64,000 nucleotides of DNA from Candidatus Latescibacterota bacterium. Its GTDB lineage: Bacteria; Latescibacterota; UBA2968; UBA8231. The notes beneath the pieces are model-generated. The model was not told where the DNA came from, ran no database searches, and saw nothing but the letters and a program-made list of their open reading frames with translations. Within the stretch, counting starts at the first letter, position 1. Each line of letters begins with the position of its first letter. This document shows, in pieces, positions 9,437-17,886 of this stretch. The position numbers were made by a program, and so were the translations under genes. The stretch covers positions 1,568,001 to 1,632,000 of the forward strand of contig OZ242214.1 of NCBI GenBank assembly GCA_965206595.1, in the 5' to 3' direction.

Positions 9437-10521
9437 TGTTGTGTCGCAGAGATTCGTTCGCAAAGTCTCTTGATTTTCGCGAGGATGGAATCGGCCGTAG
9501 CGGTCCAGACGAAAGGGTGTGCGTTGGCGTTCCATTTGGCCGTGTAGCGTTCAATGCGCTCGATGAGCTCGGATACCTTACGGAACGAGTCCCGGCGAAC
9601 CGCCTGGCGGGTAATGATGCCGAACCAAATCTCCACCTGGTTGAGCCACGAAGCATAGGTGGGGGTGTAGTGAACGTGAAATCGGGGACGCCGTGCCAGC
9701 CATCGCTTGACCTTGGCATGCTTATGCGTGGCGTAGTTGTCCACGACAAGAGGAATATCGAGGTCAGCGGGGACGTGGGCCTCAATGTGGCGCAGGAACG
9801 GGAGGAACTCCTGGTGACGATGACGAGACTTGCATTGGGTCATCACGGCGCCGGTGGCGATGTCCAGTGCGGCGAACAGGGTGGTGGTGCCATGGCGCTT
9901 GTAGTCGTGCGGTACCCCTCCCACGTATCCCAGTCCCAGGGGCAGCATGGGCTGACTTCGTTCCAACGCCTGGATCCGGCTCTTCTCGTCGACGCACAGC
10001 ACCAGGGCGTGCTCGGGTGGATTCAGGTACAAGCCGACGATATCCCGTACTTTGTCGACAAAGAAAGGATCGGTGGAAAGCTTGAAGTGCTTGTGTCGAT
10101 GGGGCTGCAAACCATACGTGCGCCAAATGCGATGAACCGCGTCCTTGGTCAAGCCGGTTTCTTCGCCCATGGAGCGCACCGACCACTGTGTTTCGTCTTT
10201 GGGCTTGGTCTTCAGGGTCTTGTATACCACCTCGGCTACCTGTTCATCCGTACTCGATCGTGGCGCCCCTGAGCGCAGCTCATCATGCAAGCCCTGGAGC
10301 CCGTTTTCGAGAAAGCGCCGGCGCCACTTGCCGACCGTAGCACGCGTCACACCCACGGCGGCCGCGACGGCTTCATTGGGCCCGCCTTCTGCGGCCAGCA
10401 GACTAATCTCGGCTCGCCGCACCAACCCGTGGGAAAGGCTCCGGGATTTGGCCATCGATTCCAATCGTTCCCGGTCCGACGGACTCAGCTCTAACGGCGG
10501 TAATGGACGCCCCGTCACCAT
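9433..10521 (-). CDS. IS630 family transposase
   Basis: N-terminal HTH (ATVGKWRRRF), DDE triad in VDEK / VDNYATH / WLNQVE, YKRHGTTTLFAAL. Confidence 0.95.
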   Translation of the reverse strand: MVTGRPLPPLELSPSDRERLESMAKSRSLSHGLVRRAEISLLAAEGGPNEAVAAAVGVTRATVGKWRRRFLENGLQGLHDELRSGAPRSSTDEQVAEVVYKTLKTKPKDETQWSVRSMGEETGLTKDAVHRIWRTYGLQPHRHKHFKLSTDPFFVDKVRDIVGLYLNPPEHALVLCVDEKSRIQALERSQPMLPLGLGYVGGVPHDYKRHGTTTLFAALDIATGAVMTQCKSRHRHQEFLPFLRHIEAHVPADLDIPLVVDNYATHKHAKVKRWLARRPRFHVHYTPTYASWLNQVEIWFGIITRQAVRRDSFRKVSELIERIERYTAKWNANAHPFVWTATADSILAKIKRLCERISATQH

Positions 10522-10605
10522 AGGTCTCTCCTTTCAGAAGGGGGATAAGAGAAACCTACGGCACTTTCAATTGTTTGTACAGTTAATTACACGACAGGAC
10601 ACTAG
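9433..10605 (-). mobile_element. IS630 family insertion sequence, complete
   Basis: Imperfect terminal IRs CTAGTGTTGTGTCG (9433) and CTAGTGTCCTGTCG (reverse complement ending at 10605); CTAG at both ends (TA target); lower GC than flanks. Confidence 0.92.
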
Positions 10606-10757
10606 GGTTCTTCCCACCAATCAGGGACACACCAGCCGGCCCCTTTCTCCTCCGACTACCGCAGGAGACCTGCCCAGCCGATTACCCCAGCTTCGCCAGG
10701 ACAAAGGGGGAACGGTCCTTCGCAGGGTGTGAACGGGGTCCTCCGGGAAGGTCGGCT

Positions 10758-12497
10758 TCATTCCGCTACTGCGCCGGCGCAACCCAAGAGGTCGGCGATG
10801 GTACCGGTTTCGAGCGTATTGATCACGTCCGACGCTTCGAGCCAGCCCTTGCGGCCCAGGCTCACCCCCAGCCCGATGTAATCGAGATGGCCGATCCGGT
10901 GGGCGTCGGTGTTGATGGCGATCCGGACGCCCCGCTCCCGGGCCTTCCTGATCCAGCGCCAGTCGAGGTCGAGCCGATTGGGCTGCGCGTTCAGCTCGAG
11001 GGTTACGTTGTTGCCCGCGGCGGCCTCGATGACGGCCTCCATATCGATCTCCCAGCCCCGTCGCTGATTGAGGATCCTGCCCTCAGGATGGGCGAGTATG
11101 CGAGTGCGGGGGTGCTCGATGGCGCGGATAACCCGCGCTGTCTGCCTGGACTCGTCCATGTTCATCCCGTTGTGGACGGCGACTACGACAAAATCGAACG
11201 CCTCGAGGAGTTCGTCGTCGTAATCGAGACTGCCGTCCCGACGGATGTCGCATTCTATTCCCTTGAAAACCCGGAAGTCTTCCCAGGTCCCGTTCACGGC
11301 ATCGATCTCCCGGTGCTGTTCGGCAACCTCTTCCGGTTTGAGTCCGAACACGTACCCCGCGGACTGGCTGTGGTCGCAGATTCCGAGATAGGAATACCCG
11401 CGCCCGCGGACCGCCGCGGCCATCTCGGCGACGCTGTCCATGCCGTCGCTGTACGAGGTGTGCACGTGCAGCATGCCGCGAATGTCCCCGGGCAGGATGA
11501 GGTCGGGAAGCGTCCCTGCGGCGGCGGCCTCGACCTCGCCGAGGCCCTCGCGCAGCTCCGGAGGGATGTAGCTCAGCTCGAGGGCGGCGAAGAGATCGGC
11601 CTCCCCCGCACAGGGGACGGCGTCCCCGGATCCGGTGAAGAGCCCGTACTCGTTCAGGCGCATGCCCCGGCCGAGGGCCCGCGACCGCATGGCGACGTTG
11701 TGGTCCTTGCTGCCGGTGAAGTGATGGAGAAGGGCGGGGAACCGGGCGTCCGCTACGATCCGCAGGTCGGCCTGGATGCCGCTGTGCAGGCGCACCGAGG
11801 TCTTGGTGTCCCCCCTGGCGATCATCTCGCGCACCGTGTGATGGCCGGCGAACGCAGCCGAGACCGCGGCAGGGTCGTCGCTGCCGGCGACGATGTCGAT
11901 ATCCTTGACGGTCTCCCTGCAGCGCCGCAGGCTGCCGGCAATTCCGGCCCTCTTCGTCGCGGGCAGGGCGCGCAAGGCCTCGCACAGCTCCCCGGCCTGG
12001 GCGGCTGCCTCGTGCAGCAGCCAGCTTTTTCCAAACTCCCGCAGGCGGCCGATCGCGGCGAGAATGTTCTCCCGGGTCTTTGCCCCAAAGCCGCCGAGCC
12101 GGTCCAGGCGGCCGTCACGGCAGGCCTTTTCGAGCTCCTCGACCGATTCGATTCCCGCGCCCTCGAAGAGAGCCCTGACTTTCCTGGTGCCGAGCCCCGG
12201 AATCCGCAGGACGTCGAGCAGGCCCTCGGGGATCTTTTCCTTCAGATCCTCGTGGGCAGCCGCCGACCCTGTAAGGACGAACTCGGTAACCAGTTCCTCC
12301 ACCCCCTTGCCGATCCCTTCGATTTCGGTCAGGGTGCCGTCGGCTGCCATTGCTGCGGCATCGACGCCGAGCTCCTCGATCATGCGCGCCGCGTTGGTCA
12401 TGGCGCGTACGCGGAACGGGTTGTCACCGTTGAGTTCCATCAAGGCGCCGTGGCGGTTGAGGAAATCGACGACCTCGGCGTTGGCGGGGCAGCTCAC
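10758..12497 (-). CDS. polX: DNA polymerase X family / PHP 3'-5' exonuclease
   Basis: NPFRVRA, IEGIGKG, GSLRR.RETVKDID, HFTGSKDHN, LNEYGL, PHP motifs HVHTSYSDG and NTDAH. Confidence 0.93.
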   Translation of the reverse strand: MSCPANAEVVDFLNRHGALMELNGDNPFRVRAMTNAARMIEELGVDAAAMAADGTLTEIEGIGKGVEELVTEFVLTGSAAAHEDLKEKIPEGLLDVLRIPGLGTRKVRALFEGAGIESVEELEKACRDGRLDRLGGFGAKTRENILAAIGRLREFGKSWLLHEAAAQAGELCEALRALPATKRAGIAGSLRRCRETVKDIDIVAGSDDPAAVSAAFAGHHTVREMIARGDTKTSVRLHSGIQADLRIVADARFPALLHHFTGSKDHNVAMRSRALGRGMRLNEYGLFTGSGDAVPCAGEADLFAALELSYIPPELREGLGEVEAAAAGTLPDLILPGDIRGMLHVHTSYSDGMDSVAEMAAAVRGRGYSYLGICDHSQSAGYVFGLKPEEVAEQHREIDAVNGTWEDFRVFKGIECDIRRDGSLDYDDELLEAFDFVVVAVHNGMNMDESRQTARVIRAIEHPRTRILAHPEGRILNQRRGWEIDMEAVIEAAAGNNVTLELNAQPNRLDLDWRWIRKARERGVRIAINTDAHRIGHLDYIGLGVSLGRKGWLEASDVINTLETGTIADLLGCAGAVAE

Positions 12498-13318
12498 GCT
12501 GCGCCTTCCCGAAAACGCGCCAGGAGTACGAGCATCTGGGCGGTGAGGGACTCGTTGCCGGCCGCGAGTCCGGGCTTGATCAGCGTGCAGGGTTGATTGT
12601 ATCGCCGCACCTGTCCGCCGAGATCGAGCATGCGGCCCCCGGCTTCCCGAACGAGCAGGTCACCGGCACATACGTCCCATTCGTTTTTGGGCTTTACGCT
12701 GACATTGAGGTCGCCGAGCCCGGCGGCAACCAGGGCGAGTTTGTAGGCTACGCTGCCGACGGGACGCACCCTTGCAAAGTGGGGGCGCAGCGGATCGATC
12801 TCGCCGCGCGCGGTTTCGCTGCGGCTGACGATCAAGGTTGCGCGGTCAAGCCGGTTCACCGCGGTGCAGAAGACCCGCTTGCCGTTGAGAAAACAGCCAC
12901 CCCCGCGCACGGCGCTGAACAGCGCCCCGGCCACCGGGTTGAAGACGACGGCGACGACCGGATTCCCATCCTCTACCAGGGCAATGGAGGTGCCGAACTC
13001 CCCGATCTGGTTCAGGAATTCCATGGTACCGTCGATCGGGTCGACGATCCACAGGCGCCGATTCTCGAGGCGTGCGGGTGAATCGACGCTTTCCTCTGAG
13101 AGCCAGCCACAGCCCGGGCAGGCAGCGGTCAACAGCTCGTGAAGGCGGGCGTCGACCTCCAGGTCCGCCCGCGTGACCGGATCGTAGCGGGCGGCTCCGG
13201 GGGGCCCGTCGCTGCTGCTTCCCTTGTCGCGGATTTCCCTTGCGGCTCCATAGTGCGACAGCAGGATCCTGCCCGCTTCACGGGCGGCGGCGATGGCAGC
13301 CTCGAGCTCGGGTCTCAT
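12494..13318 (-). CDS. cysQ: Inositol monophosphatase family, CysQ-like 3'(2'),5'-bisphosphate nucleotidase
   Basis: PVTRAD, LSEE, WIVDPIDGTMEF, EWDVCAGDLLVREAGG. Confidence 0.8.
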   Translation of the reverse strand: MRPELEAAIAAAREAGRILLSHYGAAREIRDKGSSSDGPPGAARYDPVTRADLEVDARLHELLTAACPGCGWLSEESVDSPARLENRRLWIVDPIDGTMEFLNQIGEFGTSIALVEDGNPVVAVVFNPVAGALFSAVRGGGCFLNGKRVFCTAVNRLDRATLIVSRSETARGEIDPLRPHFARVRPVGSVAYKLALVAAGLGDLNVSVKPKNEWDVCAGDLLVREAGGRMLDLGGQVRRYNQPCTLIKPGLAAGNESLTAQMLVLLARFREGAA

Positions 13319-13387
13319 GGGTAGGAGAGGTCCTGTCCTCGATTTCAAGCGTCCAGGTTCCTGCCAGGGGGCGTCGTCAACCTCGTC

Positions 13388-13417
13388 TTGACAATTCCGG
13401 GCGGGCTCCGGTAATCT
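13388..13417 (+). promoter_or_regulatory. Putative sigma70 promoter
   Basis: TTGACA-18 nt-TAATCT in a divergent intergenic region. Confidence 0.45.
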
Positions 13418-13488
13418 AAACAGACAGAAATAAGCCTGTCCCGGCCCCCGTGGGTACCGAACCTCCCCGATCGCAAAGGCAGAGTCGC

Positions 13489-14148
13489 ATGTTTCTAAGG
13501 AACTTGCTGTGCTGCAACATCATAATGGCAGTCACCGTCATGGGGTTGTCAGTGTTGCCGAACGCCCTGTACGGCGACGATGACCCCATCGTGGCGACCC
13601 TGGAAAAGATCGCCGCGGACGAATCCTGGGGAGAGGTGGTTCTCAAGTCCGGAAAAGTTCGCGCGATTCAGGTCGTCGCGATCGATGGTGAGGAAATCTC
13701 GGTTCGCGAGGTCATCGGCGCCCTGCACGAGCGCCCGGCAACCTACTCGCTCGGTCAGTTCCACTCGATCCGCGAGCTCGGAAGCCGCCGCATCCCCATG
13801 CGTCTGGCGGCGTACCAGCCCCGCCGTTCCCTGGTAGCCGCCCTGACGATCGAGACGCTGATCCCGGGAGGGGGATTCTTCTACATCGGGGAATCCCGCC
13901 AGGGATTCTCGCTGTTGCTTTTCTCCGCTGCCGCGGTGGCCACCGGAATTTTGACAGGTAAGGATGGGGCGGCCGGTTGGGTGCCGATCGGGGTGTGGTC
14001 CAAGTTCGGGTCCCTTCTCCATCTGCGCGATCAGGTACAGGCCATCAACGCCTACCACGAGCGCCGGCTGGACGCCGACTCCCGCAATGGCGATGCCGGG
14101 GGTCTGTCTTCGGCGACGCCCTTCGTCCGTTTGGGTTTCAGGTTCTGA
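13489..14148 (+). CDS. Exported or membrane hypothetical protein
   Basis: Signal-like N-terminus, LIPGGGFFYIGE hydrophobic motif, C-terminal VRLGFRF. Confidence 0.6.
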   Translation: MFLRNLLCCNIIMAVTVMGLSVLPNALYGDDDPIVATLEKIAADESWGEVVLKSGKVRAIQVVAIDGEEISVREVIGALHERPATYSLGQFHSIRELGSRRIPMRLAAYQPRRSLVAALTIETLIPGGGFFYIGESRQGFSLLLFSAAAVATGILTGKDGAAGWVPIGVWSKFGSLLHLRDQVQAINAYHERRLDADSRNGDAGGLSSATPFVRLGFRF

Positions 14149-14312
14149 GGCCACCCTGCAGGCTGTGCAGGCAGCATCAGGTCGGCGCGTGGGCCGGGAG
14201 GACCGTTCTTCCGGGAATGCTTCCGATGCCCTCCAAAGCCGCTCGAGAACCTGCCGAGAGCGCCTTGGATTGCGGTAAAGAGGCATTCCTTAACCAACAC
14301 TGAGACAGACGG

Positions 14313-15026
14313 TCAGTCTCGTCGTTCAAAGTCGACGACGCGCTTTTGCGGGGAGAGGTCGATTTCATCGATGACGGCGCCTCCGCGAGCATCGAGGACC
14401 AGTGAGACCGCCGCGGCGACGTCGACCGGCAAAAGGTGCTGGCCCGGTTCGGATCCGGGGCGAAACTCCAGGTTTTCGTGAAAGGCGGTCCGCACCATTC
14501 CGGGATTGACGAGGGCGACGCGGATTCCGCTGGCCGCGGTCTCCTCGCGCATCGATTGCGCGAACCCGCGGAGGGCGAACTTGGCAGCGCAGTAGAGCGA
14601 GCCCCGGCGTCCGCCCTTGGCCGCAGCTTCGGAACCGATCAACACGACATCCCCCTTGCCGCGCCTCCGGAACCCCGGGAGAAAGGCGCGCAGGAGAAAG
14701 ACCTGACTTGTGAAGTTGAGGTCGAGGGCGCGGCGAATCCTGTCGTAGGAAAACTGCTCGAGGTGGCCGAAAACGGCCTCCCCGGCGTTGCAGACGAGGG
14801 CGTCGATCTCCGGGTGAGCCGCGGCTATCCCGGCCAGCCGGTCAGGCAGCGCGTCGAGGTCGGCGAGGTCGATCTCGACCGCATCGAAACCTGTGAGCCC
14901 GTGACAGGGGAATTTGCCCAAGTCCCGGGCTAGGCCGACGACCCGATCCCCGGCTTCCAGGCGAGCCTCGCACACGGCGCGGCCGATTCCGGCGCTGGCC
15001 CCGGTCACCAGGACCGTCCGGCTCAT
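14313..15026 (-). CDS. SDR family oxidoreductase
   Basis: VLVTGASAGIG, CNAG, YCAAK, NPGMVRT. Confidence 0.92.
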   Translation of the reverse strand: MSRTVLVTGASAGIGRAVCEARLEAGDRVVGLARDLGKFPCHGLTGFDAVEIDLADLDALPDRLAGIAAAHPEIDALVCNAGEAVFGHLEQFSYDRIRRALDLNFTSQVFLLRAFLPGFRRRGKGDVVLIGSEAAAKGGRRGSLYCAAKFALRGFAQSMREETAASGIRVALVNPGMVRTAFHENLEFRPGSEPGQHLLPVDVAAAVSLVLDARGGAVIDEIDLSPQKRVVDFERRD

Positions 15027-15030
15027 TCTG

Positions 15031-16047
15031 CTACTCCGGCACGCCGGTGCTCAGGCACGGAAACAGGACCTCCTCCGGGACGTATCGCCGCAGCTCTTCC
15101 AGGCAGAAACCGAGTAGATCTTCGCGAAGGCGGCTGGGATACCCGGTCTCCCCGGCGGTTTCCTCGAGGCTCGCGAACAGCGCTTCTTCGGGGTAGAGCG
15201 TTTCCATGCGGCGGTGGAAGGGGCGGGGCAGGCGCAGGGTGCCGAGGGAGACCGAATGGACAAGGTCTCCGCGCACCTCGGCAAAGGTTTCGGCGAAAAG
15301 CCCCCGGTACGACTGGTGAAAACCGGGGCGCCAGATCAGCGGATCGAAGCGCAGGCCGACGGGCCATCCGGCTTCCTGAAGCCGTGCCGCGGCGGCGATG
15401 CGGCTGCGCACCGGGGGAGCCCCTTTCTCGTACATGGCCAGCTCGGCCGGGTTGAGGCTGTAGGCGACGACGACGTTGCCGAGTGCGGATTTCAGGGGGG
15501 CGGTTCGCACACTCTTGGTGCGCAGCTCGAACAGCGCCTCCGGGTGAGCGGCGAAAAAGGGCAGGAAGTCTTCGACGAACCCCGTGATCCCCTCCATCGC
15601 CAGGCTGTCGCAATCGTAGCCGGTGAAAAAATGGGGCTCCTCGGGCTGCTTTCCACTGGCTGCGGCCGCATGGAGCTCCTCCTCGATGTCGGCCTTGAAG
15701 TCGTCGAAATCGACGAAAACCACCATGTGGGCGGAGCGATACATTCCCTGGAGAAAGCAGTAACGGCAATCGTACAGGCAGTTCAGCATATGAGAGAAAT
15801 AGAAATTTCTGCTGCTGCCGATACCATAGCCCGGCGGCGCCGGAAGCACCCGCCGGCCCTGCTTGGCCGCGAGGATGAGGGCGGGGTTGCGTTTCTGGAG
15901 CCTGAAGCTCTGGCCGGAGCGGTTGAAGATCTCGCCGTAGCGGGCACAGTCGACGATGGTGGCGCTGGGAAAACGCCGGCAGATCTCCCGCGTGCGCTCG
16001 CAGTCGCGCACCGCTTCCTCGACGTAGAGGAAATCGAACATCGTCAC
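15031..16047 (-). CDS. Spore photoproduct lyase-like radical SAM protein
   Basis: NCLYDCRYCFLQG (CxxxCxxC), GYDCDSL, ELRTKS, SLNP, GLRFDPLI. Confidence 0.85.
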   Translation of the reverse strand: MTMFDFLYVEEAVRDCERTREICRRFPSATIVDCARYGEIFNRSGQSFRLQKRNPALILAAKQGRRVLPAPPGYGIGSSRNFYFSHMLNCLYDCRYCFLQGMYRSAHMVVFVDFDDFKADIEEELHAAAASGKQPEEPHFFTGYDCDSLAMEGITGFVEDFLPFFAAHPEALFELRTKSVRTAPLKSALGNVVVAYSLNPAELAMYEKGAPPVRSRIAAAARLQEAGWPVGLRFDPLIWRPGFHQSYRGLFAETFAEVRGDLVHSVSLGTLRLPRPFHRRMETLYPEEALFASLEETAGETGYPSRLREDLLGFCLEELRRYVPEEVLFPCLSTGVPE

Positions 16048-16961
16048 CCCATCCGGTCGGGAAGCGAAAGTGCGAGGCGATTCTTCAGGAGGCGGATCAC
16101 CTCCGCGCCGGTGCGCGGGTCCTGTCCCTGGAAGCCGGCCACGGCTTCGGCGCGGGGAGCCGCGGCCCGCAGGCGTTGCAGCAGCCGCCGCAGCTGGTGC
16201 CGCTGCGTCTCGGTGAAGTGCCAGCGTTCCAGCAGGCGCCGGAACTCCGGGTCGGCCGCGGTCAGCGGTCCTGGCAGGCGCAGGAGCGCCGCGAGCTCCG
16301 CGACGATATCGGCGACGAGCTGCAGGTGGGCCCCGATCAGGGCCCTCGCCCTGGCCGCGGTCACCGTCGCCGCCGGGGTGGAAGGGTTGTCGGATACGAC
16401 CTTGAAGCAGTGGATCAGCTCCGGCGTCGTCTGGTCGCTGGCCGCGGCGAAGAAGGGGTGTGCTTCCATGTCATACGCGGCGTCGCCGGGGTACTCCCGC
16501 TCTACCCGGGCGACCGTGGCGACCTCGACCGTTGGGCAAGGGGGTGTGAAGGGGAACATCGGGTAGAAGCTGCCGGTCTCCCGGTCGCCCCGGCTTATCT
16601 TGTGTGCCAGCAGCGGGGTTCCCACCGGGTGCCGGCGATGGCCGGCGATGCCGACGTTGAGCCAGGCGCAGGGCAGGCGGCCTTCTCCTTCGCCGCGGAA
16701 CGTTCGCACCGCTGCCTCGGCTCCAGCGGCTCCCGGGCCGCACGAGATCAGCGACAGTTCGACACCCTGCCAATGCCCTTTCCAGAGCCGCGCCCCCCCA
16801 TGTCTCCCCGCTGGCGCAGGCTTGAGCCGCCAGCCCTTGACAAGCGGCTTCGCCTCGGCGGGAAGGGCGCACAGCAGGCGCAGGTCGACGGCGGGCAGGA
16901 GGCTGGTCTTACCCCCAGCGGAAGCGTCGTTGACCGTTCTGTCCTCGTCGTCCAAGTTCAT
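16044..16961 (-). CDS. Nucleoside phosphorylase/nucleosidase (PNP_UDP_1) fold protein
   Basis: CALPAEA, CGPG, LNVGIAG, YDMEA, FKVVSDN; start codon uncertain. Confidence 0.75.
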   Translation of the reverse strand: MNLDDEDRTVNDASAGGKTSLLPAVDLRLLCALPAEAKPLVKGWRLKPAPAGRHGGARLWKGHWQGVELSLISCGPGAAGAEAAVRTFRGEGEGRLPCAWLNVGIAGHRRHPVGTPLLAHKISRGDRETGSFYPMFPFTPPCPTVEVATVARVEREYPGDAAYDMEAHPFFAAASDQTTPELIHCFKVVSDNPSTPAATVTAARARALIGAHLQLVADIVAELAALLRLPGPLTAADPEFRRLLERWHFTETQRHQLRRLLQRLRAAAPRAEAVAGFQGQDPRTGAEVIRLLKNRLALSLPDRMG

Positions 16962-16976
16962 GGAAAACAACAGCCA

Positions 16977-17867
16977 ATGGTCACAAGAGGCGGCGGAGTG
17001 AGAAACGGATTCTTCAAGGGGCACGGGCTCGGAAACGACTACATCGCCCTCGATCCCGGCGACCTCGATTTCGAGCTCACACCAAGTGCAATAAGGGCGC
17101 TGTGCGACCGCAACCGGGGTCTGGGAAGCGACGGTATCCTCGCCGTCGCCCCCACCGCAAAAGCGGACTTCGGCGTCAGAATATACAACCCCGACGGCAG
17201 CGAAGCGGAAAAGTCCGGGAACGGTCTGCGCATTCTCGGGCGCTACCTGCATTCGACCGGAAGGACCTGCCGCAGGCGCTTCACCGTAGATACCATGGGC
17301 GGCCTCGTCGGGATCGAGCTGCACATCGACCGCCACGGAGACGCCAGCGCCGCCACGGTCGCGATGGGGAGCGCCTCTTTCCACCCGGGGGACCTGCCCT
17401 GCACCCTGGCCGCAGAGGAGCTGATCGACCAGCCGATCCCGGTAGACGGCAGGGAGCTCCGTTTCACCGGGGTCAGCGTCGGCAACCCTCACTGCGTCCT
17501 GTTCAGGGAGAAGGGGCAGGAGTGGTCGCGCCGCGAGCTCCTCGATCTCGGACCCCGGCTCGAGAACCACGAGCTGTTTCCGCGCCGCATCAACGTTCAG
17601 CTCGCCGTTCCGCTCGGACCGCAATCGATCTACATCCTCATCTGGGAAAGGGGGGCAGGGGAGACCCAGGCGTCCGGCTCCTCCTCCTGCGCCGCGGCCA
17701 GCGCCGCGGTCCGCCTCGGACTGGTGGGCAGCCCGGTCACCGTGCAGGCTCCGGGTGGCGCCCTCGAGATCGAGGTCTCCGACGACTTCGATCTGACGAT
17801 GAAAGGGCCGGTCGACGAGGTTGCGACAGGCAGCTTCACACCGGCGTTCATCCGCTCCCTGCGCTAG
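16977..17867 (+). CDS. dapF: Diaminopimelate epimerase-like protein (Ser/Ser variant)
   Basis: FFKGHGLGNDY, GLGSDG, YNPDGSEAEKSGNG, VGNPHCV, WERGAGETQASGSS; start ATG 16977 or GTG 16998. Confidence 0.8.
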   Translation: MVTRGGGVRNGFFKGHGLGNDYIALDPGDLDFELTPSAIRALCDRNRGLGSDGILAVAPTAKADFGVRIYNPDGSEAEKSGNGLRILGRYLHSTGRTCRRRFTVDTMGGLVGIELHIDRHGDASAATVAMGSASFHPGDLPCTLAAEELIDQPIPVDGRELRFTGVSVGNPHCVLFREKGQEWSRRELLDLGPRLENHELFPRRINVQLAVPLGPQSIYILIWERGAGETQASGSSSCAAASAAVRLGLVGSPVTVQAPGGALEIEVSDDFDLTMKGPVDEVATGSFTPAFIRSLR

Positions 17868-17886
17868 GGAGTACCGCGGTGCAGGG

